A DNA stretch of 64,000 bases from Cystobasidiomycetes sp. EMM_F5. Lineage: Eukaryota. The DNA is taken from positions 496,001 through 560,000 of the forward strand of contig JBPGPT010000003.1 in the NCBI GenBank assembly GCA_051047955.1, given 5' to 3'. The stretch's first letter is position 1; each line of letters opens with the position of its first letter. Under the pieces are notes generated by a model that was not told the DNA's origin, searched no databases, and saw only the letters and a program-made list of their open reading frames with translations. Both the position numbers and the translations under genes were made by a program. This document shows, piece by piece, positions 13,083 to 26,980 of the stretch.

Positions 13083-14309
13083 CTACCGGTATATGTCCAC
13101 GATGGAAGGGAGGGTCGAGACTTGCAAATCGATGCCGAGTTTCTCGCACCCTTCGTGGATCATGGTTAATTGAGCAGCATGAAAGCGGGCTGGGACATCC
13201 TTAACCAGGTGTAATTTGAGCATTGGCGCTTCATGTAGGATGTCGAGCCAGGTGACAAGAGCAACTATGCAGCGTATAGTTGTTCTAACTCCACTCATGA
13301 CGACCGTTACGCATGGCTTCTTCTTGACTCTCGTTGCTTGGCACGGTGTCACCCAGAATGGGGTGACGGACGCAAGCATAATCACATGAATGATGCTTGG
13401 GGGAATCTCAAGAGACCTTGTGATATCCGTAACCCACGACCAGGCGCCCAGCTCCAGTTCTCGGAGCGTGTCTTTACTTTGCTCAAACATCGCGTTCGTA
13501 CTTGGGCAAGCCGTGAGCAGGCTTCTTGCGCAAAGATGCAAGACGTGCGGATGTCGATAAGTTCTTGAGAAGAGTGATACAGCCAATTGCGCAGCGGATT
13601 CATCTACACTATTGCCAACTCCAGGGAAGTCCAGTATTTTGACAGTCCGTGACCGTTTGGGGCCGAAGAATCTATGTGCTAAATGCGAAGCAGCAATGTA
13701 GGGAGAGGGTTCATCCGTCTCCTCGCCTTTGATCTCTTCTCCTGCGACTAGTGTCACCTCGTCTAAGTCCCGCTTGGGTATAAGAGAGCATTGCGCACCA
13801 TCCATCAGGAATCCCCGCAATTTCAACTTGGTGAAAGTAGCGTTTTCGAATGCCTTTCTCAGTACGCTCCGGTCTCCAGGCGTCGTGTGTGCCCAGCATG
13901 GCGCCCAGAGGTATTCCAGTGATACCAGATTAGGGCATAGATTCAGTATCCGGCAGGTCTCCCCGGGTCCCTTAGCATGGATCATCAAAGTCAAGTGCGT
14001 GACGTTCTTGGCGATATGTACAGACTCGAGCGTATCAAGTAGTCTGCGGTGGAGAGCTGCCACAGTGCGAGTGGGGATACAATAGTATCCGCGCTTGGGT
14101 TCTAGCCTGCCTTCTAGGTCCTTCTGCCTGAACACGTCAAGCCATTCAGCATCGAATGGCTTATTGAGTAGAGGTACGCAGAGCCTTTGACAAAGTCGAA
14201 GCTGTGCGACCTGTCTTGTAACCGACGAAACCAGGGAGACACTTTTAATGTCGTTTGTGCAAAGGAATGTCAGCATGAGCGCCAGAACGTCTGTGCTTAG
14301 TTTTTGCAT
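13083..14309 (-). CDS. F-box protein with RNI/LRR-like C-terminus (intronless)
   Basis: MQKLSTDVLALMLTFLCTNDIKSVSLVSSVTRQVAQLRL; ILNLCPNLVSL; first ATG at 14309. Confidence 0.78.
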   Translation of the reverse strand: MQKLSTDVLALMLTFLCTNDIKSVSLVSSVTRQVAQLRLCQRLCVPLLNKPFDAEWLDVFRQKDLEGRLEPKRGYYCIPTRTVAALHRRLLDTLESVHIAKNVTHLTLMIHAKGPGETCRILNLCPNLVSLEYLWAPCWAHTTPGDRSVLRKAFENATFTKLKLRGFLMDGAQCSLIPKRDLDEVTLVAGEEIKGEETDEPSPYIAASHLAHRFFGPKRSRTVKILDFPGVGNSVDESAAQLAVSLFSRTYRHPHVLHLCARSLLTACPSTNAMFEQSKDTLRELELGAWSWVTDITRSLEIPPSIIHVIMLASVTPFWVTPCQATRVKKKPCVTVVMSGVRTTIRCIVALVTWLDILHEAPMLKLHLVKDVPARFHAAQLTMIHEGCEKLGIDLQVSTLPSIVDIYR

Positions 14310-14781
14310 GTTGACGCTAAGCCAGAACAGACTGCAAGCAATCGAAATCAAGGTATAGGCTGCGACTGACCACGCACACCGTCAAACAGATTGGCGGCGA
14401 ACGTCTCTGAGGATCTGTTTCGGCACGATGTGGGGAATGTATGGTTGTCGTACTAATGGCAAAGCGTTGGAGTAGTGATACCTATGCTGGTCCGACGATA
14501 TGCCGTACGAGTCAGCAGGTTGGGCTGCTGGTCACTGAGACCCGGCGCAGCGTGAAGGAGTCGAAAGGTCTGCAACAACGCAGAGTCATGGCGTGTAGAA
14601 GATTAGCGGAGAGAAGCTGTATTAGTTCCATAAGACTGTGCAGGGATCGCTCAGCTCGCTGGCTAGCCTGTCTACTGAAAAATGTCTATTCAAGCTCTCG
14701 ATCAGCCTCTGCATCAAGACCCTGTCCATTTCGTTCCGTCAGTCAGTTACGGACGGAACGGAATGCATTGAGACTGCCATC

Positions 14782-17700
14782 ATGGTCGCCAAAGTGCATA
14801 ATGTGTCTCTGGACAAGCAGCGCAGCCAGCCGGCTGGGAAAGCTGGACGCGATAAATCTAAAGCCGTCATGAAACCACCCGGGTCCAAGAAGCCAGTCCA
14901 GCAGACGAATGCCAGTACTACAGCGCAAAGCAGCAGCAAGAAGGTCCTCAAAGACAGAAATGCTGGGGCGGTAGTCGAAGAAGGCGAGAGTCAGAACGAG
15001 ACTGCTATTCTGCGTCGCGAAATTCAAGCGCTCGGTGGCGACCAAGCCGACTTTGATCTCCTCAAGGATATTGACAATGACAGCGAGGATGATGCTATCG
15101 TTGGCGAAACCACAGAATCAAAAGACGATGTAGGCAAAAGCCTAGCTTGAAAATTGGCAATTGGACTCGATTTGACAGATAAAATTTTGCATTATAGAAA
15201 GCGCTGGCCAGAGAATTGAAGAGCTTTATGGCTTCGCTAGGTGATTTTGGCAAGGCTTACGAGAATACAAAGGCAAGCGAAAGCGAGATTGATGCGGAGA
15301 ATCAAGAAAACGAGGAACCAGAACGAGAAGACAATAGCAATGAAAGCACAGCAGACGACGATAGCGACGCCGAAGAGTCGCTGCCGACATCAGCGTCGAT
15401 AGAAAGCACAGCCAAGATTCCCGCTGAAGCTGTAACCTTACTACCGGCTTCGACCAAGAGAGCTCAGGCAACTACAGCACAACCCCTACATCGCAGTGGA
15501 CTTGTAAGTACTGTTTCTTATGCGAAGCATCTATTTCACGTTAGTGACGCTGTACTAGCTCGTTGACCCAAATCCGCTGTGGTACGAAACTCCGCTTCCT
15601 GAACTGCCACCAGCGGAAGTCAAAGTAGTCGCTGCCAGCACTGTCGCGCAATTACATGAACGGGGAAAGACCCTGTTGTCTGACCTTGGTGCTGCGTTCA
15701 GTGGGAGCCTGAAAAGCGGCACAAAGAGCGATCCCCTCGCCGCTTCAAGTACCCTATCCGCATCTGACCGAACTTTCATCTCCACGATCCTCTCTAGCGG
15801 TACATCTTCCGACAAGCTATCAGCGTTGATCCTACTGTCGTCCAGCTCGCCCATACATACTACGAACCATCTCAGTCAACTACTATCCTTAACGAAGAAG
15901 AAGTCTCGCGATGAAGCTGTGCGTGCAGTACGGGCAATTGTCGATTGGCTAAAAGGAGGAGGTGGGGCTGGCTCGGCAGCAGGATTGCCGGACAAGAAGC
16001 TTCGATGGTTCGTCGACCAGCCTCAGCTCAGCCAGCTGGCTACGGCTCGACAGGGCGGGATGAAGGTGAATGGTAAAGAAGTTGGAGATGAACACCTTGT
16101 CGTCTGGGCTTTCGAAGATTGGCTCAAAAAGTGGTACTTCGAATTACTGCAGGCTATTGAGGTATGTCAGAGGCCTTTCTATGCGTCTTTTCGGTAACAT
16201 TTCCTGACGGGTTTCTGCGAGCAGACACTTTCGCATGATCCCTTACCATTTGTTCGGACTCAGATGACGGGATTCCTGGCAGATCTCTTGTCTGCCAAGC
16301 CAGAGCAGGAGCAGAACCTGCTGAGGTTACTGGTCGACAAATTAGGGGATTCGGACCGGACGGTATCCTCTCGCGCGTCATATCACCTTCTGCAGATCCT
16401 GCAGCAGCATCCACAAATGAAGCACATTGTCGTTAAGGAGATTGCCTCGGTCGTGCTTCGGCCTATAGCTCCGCTACCAGCATCGAAATCCACCTCACAT
16501 GGCAAAGGCAAGGGCAAAGCGCATGTAGCGTCCGTCCCGGTCGGGCAACTCTCAGCTGCGGCAGGAGCTAGAAGCTCTGATCATGCACGATACTATGGCA
16601 TAATTACTCTTAATCAGGTCATGCTGTCCCGGAGTGCAGCCGAGAAGCTGGTCGCAAATCGGCTCATCGAAATATACTTTGACATCTTTCGCGATTTGCT
16701 CGGTTTCCACAGCAGCGATGTAGAGGAAATATCTCAGAATGGACCAGCTCCAAAAGATCGCAAGCGTCGGCGGGATGAAAAAAGTGGGAAGAAGCAATCA
16801 GACACCAAAGACGCTACTTCTGGCTTGCCACGACAAGAAAGACGGAAGATAGAGAAAATCCAAGCTGCGCAAGAATCTGAAAGCAAACTCATGGCTGCCG
16901 TATTAACGGGCGTGAATCGAGCATTTCCGTACTCTGATATCGAGGGCGACGTTCTTCACAATCGCGCAGACACACTTTTCAAGATCCTGCATACCAGTAC
17001 ATTCAACGTTGGTATTCAGGCGCTCACATTACTGTTCCAAGTGTCCGCGACGCAACAGGCCGTATCAGACCGATTCTATACTGCGCTTTACGAAACACTG
17101 ATCGATGCACGCCTGGCAAGTTGCTCCAAGCAGGCAATGTATCTGAACCTTCTATTCAAGGCTATCAAAGCCGATACTTCAGCAAAACGAGTCGCCGCTT
17201 TCGTCAAGCGTATCATCCAAATTCTCAGTATCCATCAGCCACCATTTGTTTGCGGTGCACTGTTCCTGCTTGGCGAGGTGAGCTATACTACTTTGCGTCT
17301 GATACGACTTGACTGACAACTCTTATTCCCAGCTGTTCAAGCTCACGCCAGGCTTGGTTGGCATGCTCAACGAGCCCGAACAGGCTGATGATGATGTCGA
17401 AGTGTTCAAGGACGCGCCTGACGGCGAGGCAGATGACGGAGATTCAATTCAAGGCGAGGCCGCACTAAAACCGTCCGAGACTTCGGCTTACGACGGGCGA
17501 AAGCGAAACCCAGCATTTGCTAATGCGCAAAATAGTTGTTTGTGGGAAATTATCCCTCTTTTGCGTCACTTCCATCCTTCCGTCGCTTTGCATGCAGCAC
17601 AGCTTCTTGCCAACGTTCCCATTACCACGACACCCGACCTCGAATTACATACACTTTCGCATTTCCTCGATCGCTTCGTATACCGAAACGCAAAGAAGAA

Positions 17701-18724
17701 GGTGGCTGCTGGTCAAGAATCGTTGATGAAGCCAGGCGCAAACGGTCTAGACCGTAGTGGACTCGTACTACTCCGAAAAGGCGCAGCAGCAATCACGGAA
17801 GACCAGCTCAATACTGCCAAGTTCACCGGTCAGAAAGCTAGTGACGTTCCAGCAGATCAGCAATTCTTCCTCAAATTCTTTACGACTAAAAAGGCGGATG
17901 CAGAGGCTGAAGAAAAGGTGGAAAAGATGCGAAAAAGGAAGACTGGCACGATGGGAGATGAGGATGAGGACTTCGATGAACAAGACGATGTCGAAAGTCT
18001 GGGCGATTTGTCGGATGACGACGATGATATCGATGAGTCAATCGCGGCAGATGCTAGTGCAGCGGTTGATCGAACGTCCGAAGCCAGCGATGACGAAGAC
18101 GAAGAGGACGAAGAAGTCGTGCTTATTCAGAACGGAGAGACAGACGCTGATGAAGGCTCTGAGCTGGATGAAGAACAGATACTTGAGGCTCTCAGCAAAT
18201 CATTGCCACCCGACATGAGCGACGACGATGAATATCACAGCGAGAGCGACATCAGTGACAGCGCCTTTGCCTACGAAGATACCGATGAAGAGACACCAGT
18301 CGACACAAGGAAAGAGGCAGATGCAGAAGATGCAGAACTGGAAGTTGATGAAGAGCTCGGCGAGGCAATGATGCAGGGTATCGACATTGTTGCTTCAGAT
18401 GAGGATGAGGAGACGTCCGACGAGCAGGCGGGCGATGATCATGAAGAGGATGAGGAAGAAGTCGTTGCCGACGGTAATCAATCTGGGAGATTTGACTCTG
18501 ACGGTGATGATGAGGACATCGATGCTTTCTTGGAAGAGGACGACGCAGTCTTTGACAGTGACGAAGATATCGAGCTTGGCGGTAAAGTTAGTCTGCCTGC
18601 TTCAGGGAAATCCAAGAATAATGACAGGAAAGAGAAGAAGCGGAAGCTCAAACATCTACCCGCATTTGCCAGTGCTGAAGACTGGGCAGCGCTCATCGAC
18701 GACGGCGAGGAAGACAATCTTTAA
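14782..18724 (+). CDS. MAK21: 60S biogenesis factor Mak21/Noc1 (CBF domain)
   Basis: GTSSDKLSAL, KPEQEQNLLRLLVDKLGD, DRFYTALY, YDGRKRNP, HFHPSV, FLDRFVYRN; acidic tail ending LPAFASAEDW. Confidence 0.96.
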
Positions 18725-18852
18725 GGCATTGTCCGGTCATCACAGAAGTTGTACGAGTGTTCCCTGGCATGACATTGTCGTTGTATACATCTCTTGCAGA
18801 ACCCTGACAATATCTCTGCTACTTCTCCTGCATTTCGTGCCTTTGCCAGGCT

Positions 18853-19777
18853 CTACAACCGTATGTGACCGTCCCTGCCTCTTTTTCTGATGGAGAAGAT
18901 GCCCAAGTACCACTGCCATAACATACTCAACCACGCTCGCATTCGTTCCGTCAAGTTGCGTTTCAACGAGATTGCATAGATATCGATGATGCGCAATTCG
19001 AAATCGCCTTCTTGCGCATCGAAATTCGAGCGACACATGATGGATATTTCTTCGATTGATGAGGGATCTAGTTTCGGTGCGTCCTTGGCTGGCCGACCAC
19101 GGTAAGTCGGCTCAAATTGATCCCATCTACCGATACATTCTATTAAGCTGGACTCCGGGAATGTGGTATTTGACGATATTGGGGGAATGGTGGAGAAGGG
19201 CAACTCGTACACCACTACACTTTCGTTCCGACCATCAGGTCGCTTTTCAGGCAGAGAAGTCTTGACATTTAGCGTGAAGGATGTTGGATGCTTAGCTTTA
19301 CCGCCGGCGGCAACAGCGACGGGACTAGGGAGTATACGGAGACGTATCCCATCATAGGATTCCAAGTCAAAAGCGCGTAGGCAGGCCTGAGAGGCAAACC
19401 CGGCGCCACCGAGAGTATGTGTGTCTGGTTGTACAAACATGCCAATTAACGTCCTGTGTACAGGAGTCTTGTTCATTTCTGTGCGCACCTAGATGACCTG
19501 TTGTGAGGACGAAACAACGCTACATCAGCGGCTCTCAAGGTTCCCTTGTACATGTTACCTCGACTTACCCCAGAAACGAGCGAATATTGTTCCACCGTGG
19601 AGCTTTTCTACATTCAGATGGCTAAGGATTCAAAGGTCTTAGTCTGAAAACTCGTCAGGATACACATTTCGTCAACCTCGTACTGCTTCCACCGCGGATG
19701 CGGTCATCGACGGCGCGGAAGTCGCTTGCACGCCATGGATGGCTTTCCGATCCAAACAGGACAGACGAGCGGGTCAT
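18853..19777 (-). CDS. CIA30/NDUFAF1-domain protein
   Basis: First exon has DDRIRGGSS; later LGGAGFASQ, FEPTYRGR and MCRSNFDAQEGDFEL. Confidence 0.85.
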
Positions 19778-20850
19778 GGTATGAATGTTGCTGTGTCTGC
19801 TGTCAGGGTAGTAAGGCTTTCGAAGTCAGCACCAGCCAATCAAGCCAGCATTCGCTTTCAACGCTGTCAAGGCCGATCGGGCCGAATGTGAAGGCTGTTT
19901 CCTCGTTACATTCGCGCGTTGTTGGTTGCGATACACTGCAGCGAGGTGTGCAGTACAGGACTGAGATGGGGCTGGTGTCGTTCAATGCAGATCTGATAAA
20001 CTGGCTCTCTGGAATGCAATCGGTCCCTTTGGCAGCATCCTGGCCCTGCATGAATTTCCGCAGGAGAAGCTGCCAATTTAACGCAACATTTTGCAAAGCT
20101 GACTGCTGCAGCCGTTCTGCAACCAAGAGGGCAGTGAGAGCTGCTCAACGTCCATCTCAGCTATAGCATACCACGCTCATTCAGCCCGACCCGATACAAC
20201 GCTACCGACGCCGTCCTGCGTCAGAGTCCCCGATCAAACAACAGACCATCTTTCTCGAAAAAAGCTGCAAACAAGCTGCGCAGATGGCGCTGTGAGAGAA
20301 GGAGAAACCGCTTTGTGCCAGCCTCTCAGTGGCGCTGCCGCCGTCGCAAACTTGCTCAAGGCTCCTGGCGAAACCCTCGGAAAACCCGTGACTCTGGGAA
20401 GCTCTGGCTTGAGGCACTGCACTGGCGGACTCGCAAGGGCGTCCAGCCTCCTGCACTCAAACACACACTAGCGCTCGAGTCTCTTGCCCGTAATCCGCTC
20501 GCTCCCCTTTTTCACGCGGCTGTCTTTACTCGCCATTTGCCTAGCGGGATATACCTCCGCCGAGTGGAGGCTTGCCCATTTTCTAAACAGCACGGCAATC
20601 GGCAGGCTCGACACATCGACCCAATTCGACTGTCGCCTCTCGCCTCTGTCGTTATCGTTTCCGCTACATTGGCCTCGCCCATCCTTCAAGTTTCGCAGCT
20701 ATACATTTATCGCTATTCAGCCACCATCGTTCGAACACCACTATCATTTCAAACTTACATTCTACTGGCCAACCCATCGCCAACCTTTGCCGTTTCGTTC
20801 AGCTGTTATTGTTACAGGCACCGTTTATTTGCATTCGCCCTGGCGTCACC

Positions 20851-23800
20851 ATGTACAGCGACCACGTCTACAGCGATGAGGCGTTTCCAGAGGGTACCAC
20901 GATTGTCGACAGTACTCCAAATGAGGCGACAAGCGTCTACCCTCTTGCCTTCACGCCTGGCCGCCCTACTACGCCCACTGGCGACTCTGTTTACGCGTCC
21001 ACCTACGCCCACACCCACACTCCCAAGGCCGCTGCCCCGTCCCAGGCCTACCTCCCTCAAGTATGTCTGCTATAGTCAGAGCTGCTCCACCTTGCTCTTC
21101 ACTGACTGCACCATCAGTCTCTCTCCCCTGTCAAGCCTCAACCTACAGTAAACAAACTACGTACCGCCTTCAATGGCTACGGCGACGCCGACAAGTACCT
21201 CATAAGTCCCATTGCCAACTCTCTGGGTAGTCCAGAGGCATCTGCCTCTTCATATGATGCGTCTCCCACCAAACCTCGGCCTCAGCTACGCCAGCCTCGC
21301 CCAGTACCGTTTGCACTCACCCTACAAAGTCCCTTGGCTGATGCGAGGAGCCAAATTTATTCGACCAGCCTTCGCCCCGCACCAAAGTCTGCCCCTCTCC
21401 CCTGCTCTTCTACGTTATCAGGCGCAAGTCCTCTCCTCGACCCGCCATCTCTCTCCAGAGCCCCTTCCGCCCCGGCCGGCCAGCCCAATTTACGCGCAAA
21501 ATCGCCTCTTCGTTCCGCATCAACTGAACCCAACGCGCAAAGTAGTAAGCGAAAACGTACTATTACAACAGCAAGAATGCAATCATTCGCGGTCGTCGGC
21601 CATCATGGCAACATGATGCCCGCCGCCGCCGACAATCAAGGCCTCGCCATCACCTCCTCGTTCATGTCGCCCGTTGACTTTGAAGCAGGTATGAGGGAGC
21701 GGATCTTGGACGAAGATGGTACTATGATTGCGACTGGCGGCTCACATCCTTCTCATCTCTCCTCAAATTCAGCAATGACATCCCTGCTCGAGTCAGACGC
21801 GAAGCACTTCGGTCTGACAAGTCCAGTCTGTCGCCAGTATGCTCAAGAAACCTTCACCGCTATGTCTAGAAACAGCAGCAGTGAATCCCTCCAGTCTCTG
21901 GGCAGCGGCAATGACTACCGCCACAATTCTCCCCCTGACGCAAATTACGGTCACGTGACCTCAGCTCCATTCCTCAACTTGGACAATATGGTTCAATATG
22001 TTGCACCCAATTCTCAAGCAGCACAGCAAGCTATCGCAAATAGGCAGATTGCTCAAAAGTTTGGAGCAGACGGCAAACCCTCCACCAAGCTTATTCCCCT
22101 CAAGAAGAACTCGCCTAATCCTCAGCACTACCGTCCATCCGCCAGTCCTCAAGTATTGCCGCAAAATGCCTTCTCCCAGCCAGGCTCTGACACGTTCTGC
22201 TCCTTTTCTGTTCATCCTGCTCATCTGCAAGGCATGGACGCCGCTCAACTATCGCTGCTCTCGTCACCGTCCAAGACTGGCTACGAGTCTCAACAGCAAT
22301 ATGCTTACCCCCTTCAGCAAGGTGCCGAAATGGCCATGAACATGAATGTCAACATGCCAAGCTTCACCTTCTCGTATCCTGATGAACAGGATCAGATTGA
22401 TCAGACAATCGCTCCCAACTACATGATACGTGCACCGTCGAGCCAGTCGTGGTCCTCTGCATCTAGCTCTGGTTACATCTCTCCACCCTATGTCCTGTCC
22501 AACACCTCTTCCGCATCCGGATATTCTTCTGATGGTCAAGGTCACCACTTTTATGGTGCTCCAGGCATGGCAAATATGCAAGGTGCAGTTTCATTGGCCG
22601 GGACTATTCAGACGGCACAGATGCAACAGATCGAGCAGCAGTTTCCTCAATCGGTCAACATGAACGAGCAATACTCTCAGCAGTCATCATATGCCCTTTC
22701 AAGCCCCTCGAGCCCAGCTCACTATCAAGCGGACAACACACCGGGCGCTTGGAATCAATATAATGCGCGTAACTGCTTTGCAGGGAATGCTGGTGAATTG
22801 CCTTCTGACGGCACACCTCAGCCCTATATGTACCACACCAATCAAGGACGGCCGATGGTCTCTACGGCCCGGCTCAGGATGATGCAAAGCGCTCCAGATC
22901 TCAATGCAATGTATCATCACGATGCTGCTCTCCATGCAGATCATTATGCTGCTCAAGCCCATATGGACTACTCCAGTCCCCACAAGGCATGCCAGAAGCG
23001 CGCCTACTCCGAGTCTCCAGAGTACAACAGCAGCCCCGCCTCGCGTGTGTCTCAAAACAGTTATTCTGATGATGCAGATGATCTCTACGTGCCAGACTCT
23101 ACTCCTCATCGTCCTGCCAAGCGCGCTGCAAATGCTCGCTCTTACCAAGGCTCTTATCAAGGTTCGTACCAAGGCTCCGACAGCGGAATCGAGGAAGAAT
23201 TGCATGCATCGACCTCCACCTCTGCTTCGAGCTCGGCTGCACCCGCATCCACGGCGACCAAACCCCGAGCTAGGCGTCAGGCCCAGCCACGCAAGCCCGT
23301 TGCACGTAAACCCCCTCGTACCCAAGTCCAAGCTGCACACCAGACTGTATTTGCAGTTGATCTGAATGCTCCTCCCCTCTCCACCATGATGCCTCCAATG
23401 CCCACTGCGATGCTCACACACGGACACCTCCACTCTCACAATCGTGGCCATTGTGGTGGTGACGGGGACGAAGTCTCCCCATGCCAGTCTGTCAACGGCG
23501 CCGAGGAGCCAAAGCCCCGTCTCACTAAGGAGGAGCTTGCAGAGTATTATGAGCCCGGCTTCAGCGACACAAAGTTTACAAAGTCTGGCAAACCTCAACG
23601 TATCTACATATGCCTCTATGTGAATCCCGAGAACAAACAGCCGTGCACCAAACATTTCCCACGCAAGAGCGCAGTCGAGAGCCATGTTCAAACTCACTTG
23701 GGCGACATGCCTTATGTTTGCAATTTTGAGAATTGGTAAGAGTGTTTTTAGGCTGTTATTCGAAACAGTGCTGACGTGCAGTACTCCCGCAGCGTTGCGC

Positions 23801-24125
23801 GATTTGTTCGCTCTCACGATCTCACTCGCCATCAACGAGTCCACTCTGGCTCGAAGCCATACGAATGCGCTTGGTAAGCTTGTTGGAATATGTCATGTCA
23901 ACCCTTTGCTGACTTTGGCTATTCTCATGACGCAGCGGCCAACTCTTCGCCCGCGGGGATGCTCTTCACCGTCATCGTCAACGTGGTATCTGCATTGGCT
24001 CTACGACGCATTTGAACGCAGAGCAATTGAAGGAGCTTTATGCCGTTGAAGCTGTTGCAAGGGAGGCTCAGATGGCGGAAGCCGCTCTCGCGCTCGCTGC
24101 CGATGTCTCCGCATCCCCCGAATGA
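20851..24125 (+). CDS. Ace2/Swi5-type C2H2 zinc-finger transcription factor
   Basis: Exons 20851-21060, 21118-23735, 23793-about 23874, 23936-24125. Three C-terminal fingers: SHVQTHLGDMPYVC, FVRSHDLTRH, YECACGQLFARGDALHRHRQRGIC. Confidence 0.88.
23140..23175 (+). repeat. 12-bp coding tandem repeat (SYQG x3)
   Basis: tcttaccaaggc tcttatcaaggt tcgtaccaaggc. Confidence 0.75.
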
Positions 24126-24535
24126 ACCCCACCTCTGTCGACTTCCACGTCACCCACGCTCTTTAAACGCCCAATACGCCAAATCACGATTAGTACAATT
24201 TCGCGCTTCATCATCTTTACCTTTCCTTCGTCGATGCTCCCTACACAAGGAAAGCAGTCGGCTTATGGACATTTCCTTTCTTTCAGATTCGTATAGTTGT
24301 TGATGTACAGACTCCTGTCCCTGCGGACAAGTCTAGACCTTTTCATTGTTGTCTGTCGTTTCCAGCATACCTGGCTCAAGGCTTCTCCATCTTGTCGCCC
24401 ATCTATAGCGTTGTTGCATAGATCTTAATATCATTATATACTACTTTCCATCAAATGGTCTGTTTGCCAGATTTGCCATGACTTTGTGCTTCAATTTGCC
24501 GCTAACCTTGGCCTAGTCTTGAGCCAAACCAAACC

Positions 24536-26830
24536 ATGTCTGACCGAAAGCGACGAGCGTTCGATGAGCAGGAGAGCGGGGGTTCACCGTCTGGACCCAA
24601 GAAGCCAAGGGTGTGAGTGCGGCCGTGGATCCTTGCATTCTCCAGTCAAGCTGATGCGGTATTGCCATCGCAGAGCCGGCATCGTGAGTTACAGTAAACG
24701 CAGAAGCTCGCAACATGTAATTGAACACCCTTTGACTCAAGTCGCCCTCGCATCGTACAGGCTCAGCCGTCGTTCTTGCCGCCCAAAGGCGACCTCGATA
24801 GCATTGCAGCATTGCCAGCGTCACTGCCGCCCAAACCCACCACCAACGATGTGCGTAACAAGGACATTCGAGAGTCTCTGATGAGAACATTGACATGTAT
24901 CGTATCCACTTGTGAACCGCAGGCCGTCGCCGATGCCATCGCGGCTGCGAAAGCAAAGATTGCAGCCAAGCTTGCTAGCTTCAAAATGGCCAGCGGTGCC
25001 TCTGTTCCGACTACTGCTGCTTCAGCTGTCCCCTCAACCGCTGGCCTTCCTGCCAGGCCTTCCACGCCTGATGCACGACAACCCTCGCTGGACGAACCAC
25101 CAGTCTTGACTGGACAAGCAAAGAGTACTGCCGACGCAATAGCGGAAGCTCGACGCAAGATAGAAGCTATGAAAGCAAAAGCTGCCAAGGCTGCCAATCC
25201 CTACATGGTTAGTCGAAAGATTGATGGTTCCGCAAAGTTAAAAATGCGTTGACATTGGCTATGTCATAGGCTCAAGCAAAGTCTGGCACATCTGCACCGG
25301 CTGCTGGTGTATCTACTGGTCCAGGAGCGCCTGGTATACACCCGCTGCTGGCGCAAAACGATGCACTACAAGCGCGTACCGGCAAAGACCGATACAAACC
25401 CATGGCACCCAAGTTCGCAACCGTCAAGGCCAACATCAAGTCTGCCGTTCCAGTTCAAGTGCAACGACGATACGATCCGCCTACAGCATCGACGTCGAAA
25501 GATGGAGCAGCTCTTCCTTACTCCAGCGTACCAACAGCGAAGCCAGGCGTGAATCCGTACTATGATCCAAATATTGCCACAGAATCCTCGGCTTACAGGG
25601 AGAGGACGTCCAGAAAGCAGCTCAAGTTCAATCAGAAGGGCAAGTACACGCGGTTGGCGGAGCAGATGAGACAGGAACAGAAATTGGAAGCCTTGAAGCA
25701 AAGGATTGCTGAAGCGTCTAAGAAGGCGGGACTGGTGGAGGACATTGAGTCTGGCGCGCTCATCAAGCGACCAGCGCCTCCTGATGTCGAGTGGTGGGAT
25801 GCAGCATATCTTGGAGGCAAAGGCTATGCAGACTTGCCTGACGAAAATCAACCCGAGGATGCGATACTCCGTCACATCGATGCTACTTCCATCTCTGCGC
25901 TTATCCAGCACCCAATACCAATTCCTGCACCAGGCGAGAAGCTGCAGCAAGCACCGAAGCCGCTCTTCCTAACAAAGAAGGAAATGAAGAAGCTTAGGAG
26001 AAATCGCCGAGCGGCTGAGCACAAGGACATGCAAGACCGCATCAGAATGGGTCTCGCACCTCCTCCGCCGGATAAAGGTCAGTCGCGTGCTGAATACTTG
26101 CCGAAAATCACAGGCTTGAGCTAAATGTCTACACATCGTTACAGTCAAAATCTCCAACATGTATCGTGTTCTTACGCAAGAAGCAATTGCTGATCCTACA
26201 AAGATTGAAGCACGCGTCCGACGAGAAATGGCGGCGCGCCAGAATGCGCACGACAAGTCGAATGCAGCCCGCAAATTGACAGACGAGCAACGGCGTGAAA
26301 AGCTCGAGAAAGCAAAGGAGAAGGACGAGTCTACGGGAATATACGGTGCCGCTTTCAAAGTCCGATACCTCTCCGATGGCGGACAGCGTTTCAAAGTCCG
26401 CAAAAACGCAGATCAAAATGCGCTGTCTGGATGCGTCGTTTATGGCCCGAAGTTTAACCTTGTCTACGTGGAAGGTGGATCGAAAGGTGTTCGTGCGTAT
26501 ACACGCTTGATGACAGATCGGATCAAATGGACAGAAGCGTCCGCAGCCCGCGCAACGGCGAGATCGACGCCCACACTTGAGGGAGAGGACGATGCACCAG
26601 AGCCTGCCGCGGTGGAAGCGCCCGCAACGTCCAATGCCATCAACATGGATGAACCACATAACCTTGCAGACAACTACTGCTATCTAGTCTGGGAGGGTCA
26701 ACAGAAAGAACGAAGTTTCCGCGGCTTTCGCTCAAAAGCTTGTCCTGCTGACGCCCTGGCTAAAGACTTTCTGGGGTCGCAACAAGGGCTGTGGGATATC
26801 GCAAAGCGTTTAGAGAACGACGGACTATAA
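24536..26830 (+). CDS. PRP3: U4/U6 snRNP protein Prp3
   Basis: PDVEWWDA, IQHPIPI, LTKKEMKKLRR, RIRMGLAPPPP, DPTKIEARVR, VEGGSK, CYLVWEG. Confidence 0.96.
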
Positions 26831-26980
26831 AATAGTAGCTGTCCATCACATGCATAGGCAGGAAGCTCAATTTTTCTGCTTCTGTACAACGTGCAGTCAC
26901 AGATGACTGAGCAAGAAACTCGACGCTAATTCCAAAATATATTATACTCTGGACGTGATCGCCGTACAATGCTGTTGACG

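Noticed and set aside
20315..21151. 278-aa ORF overlapping the start of the zinc-finger gene
   Set aside because: GTG start, runs through promoter/UTR and an intron, and has no protein-like features.
22699..23844. 381-aa antisense ORF
   Set aside because: Shadow of the zinc-finger gene; no recognisable motif.
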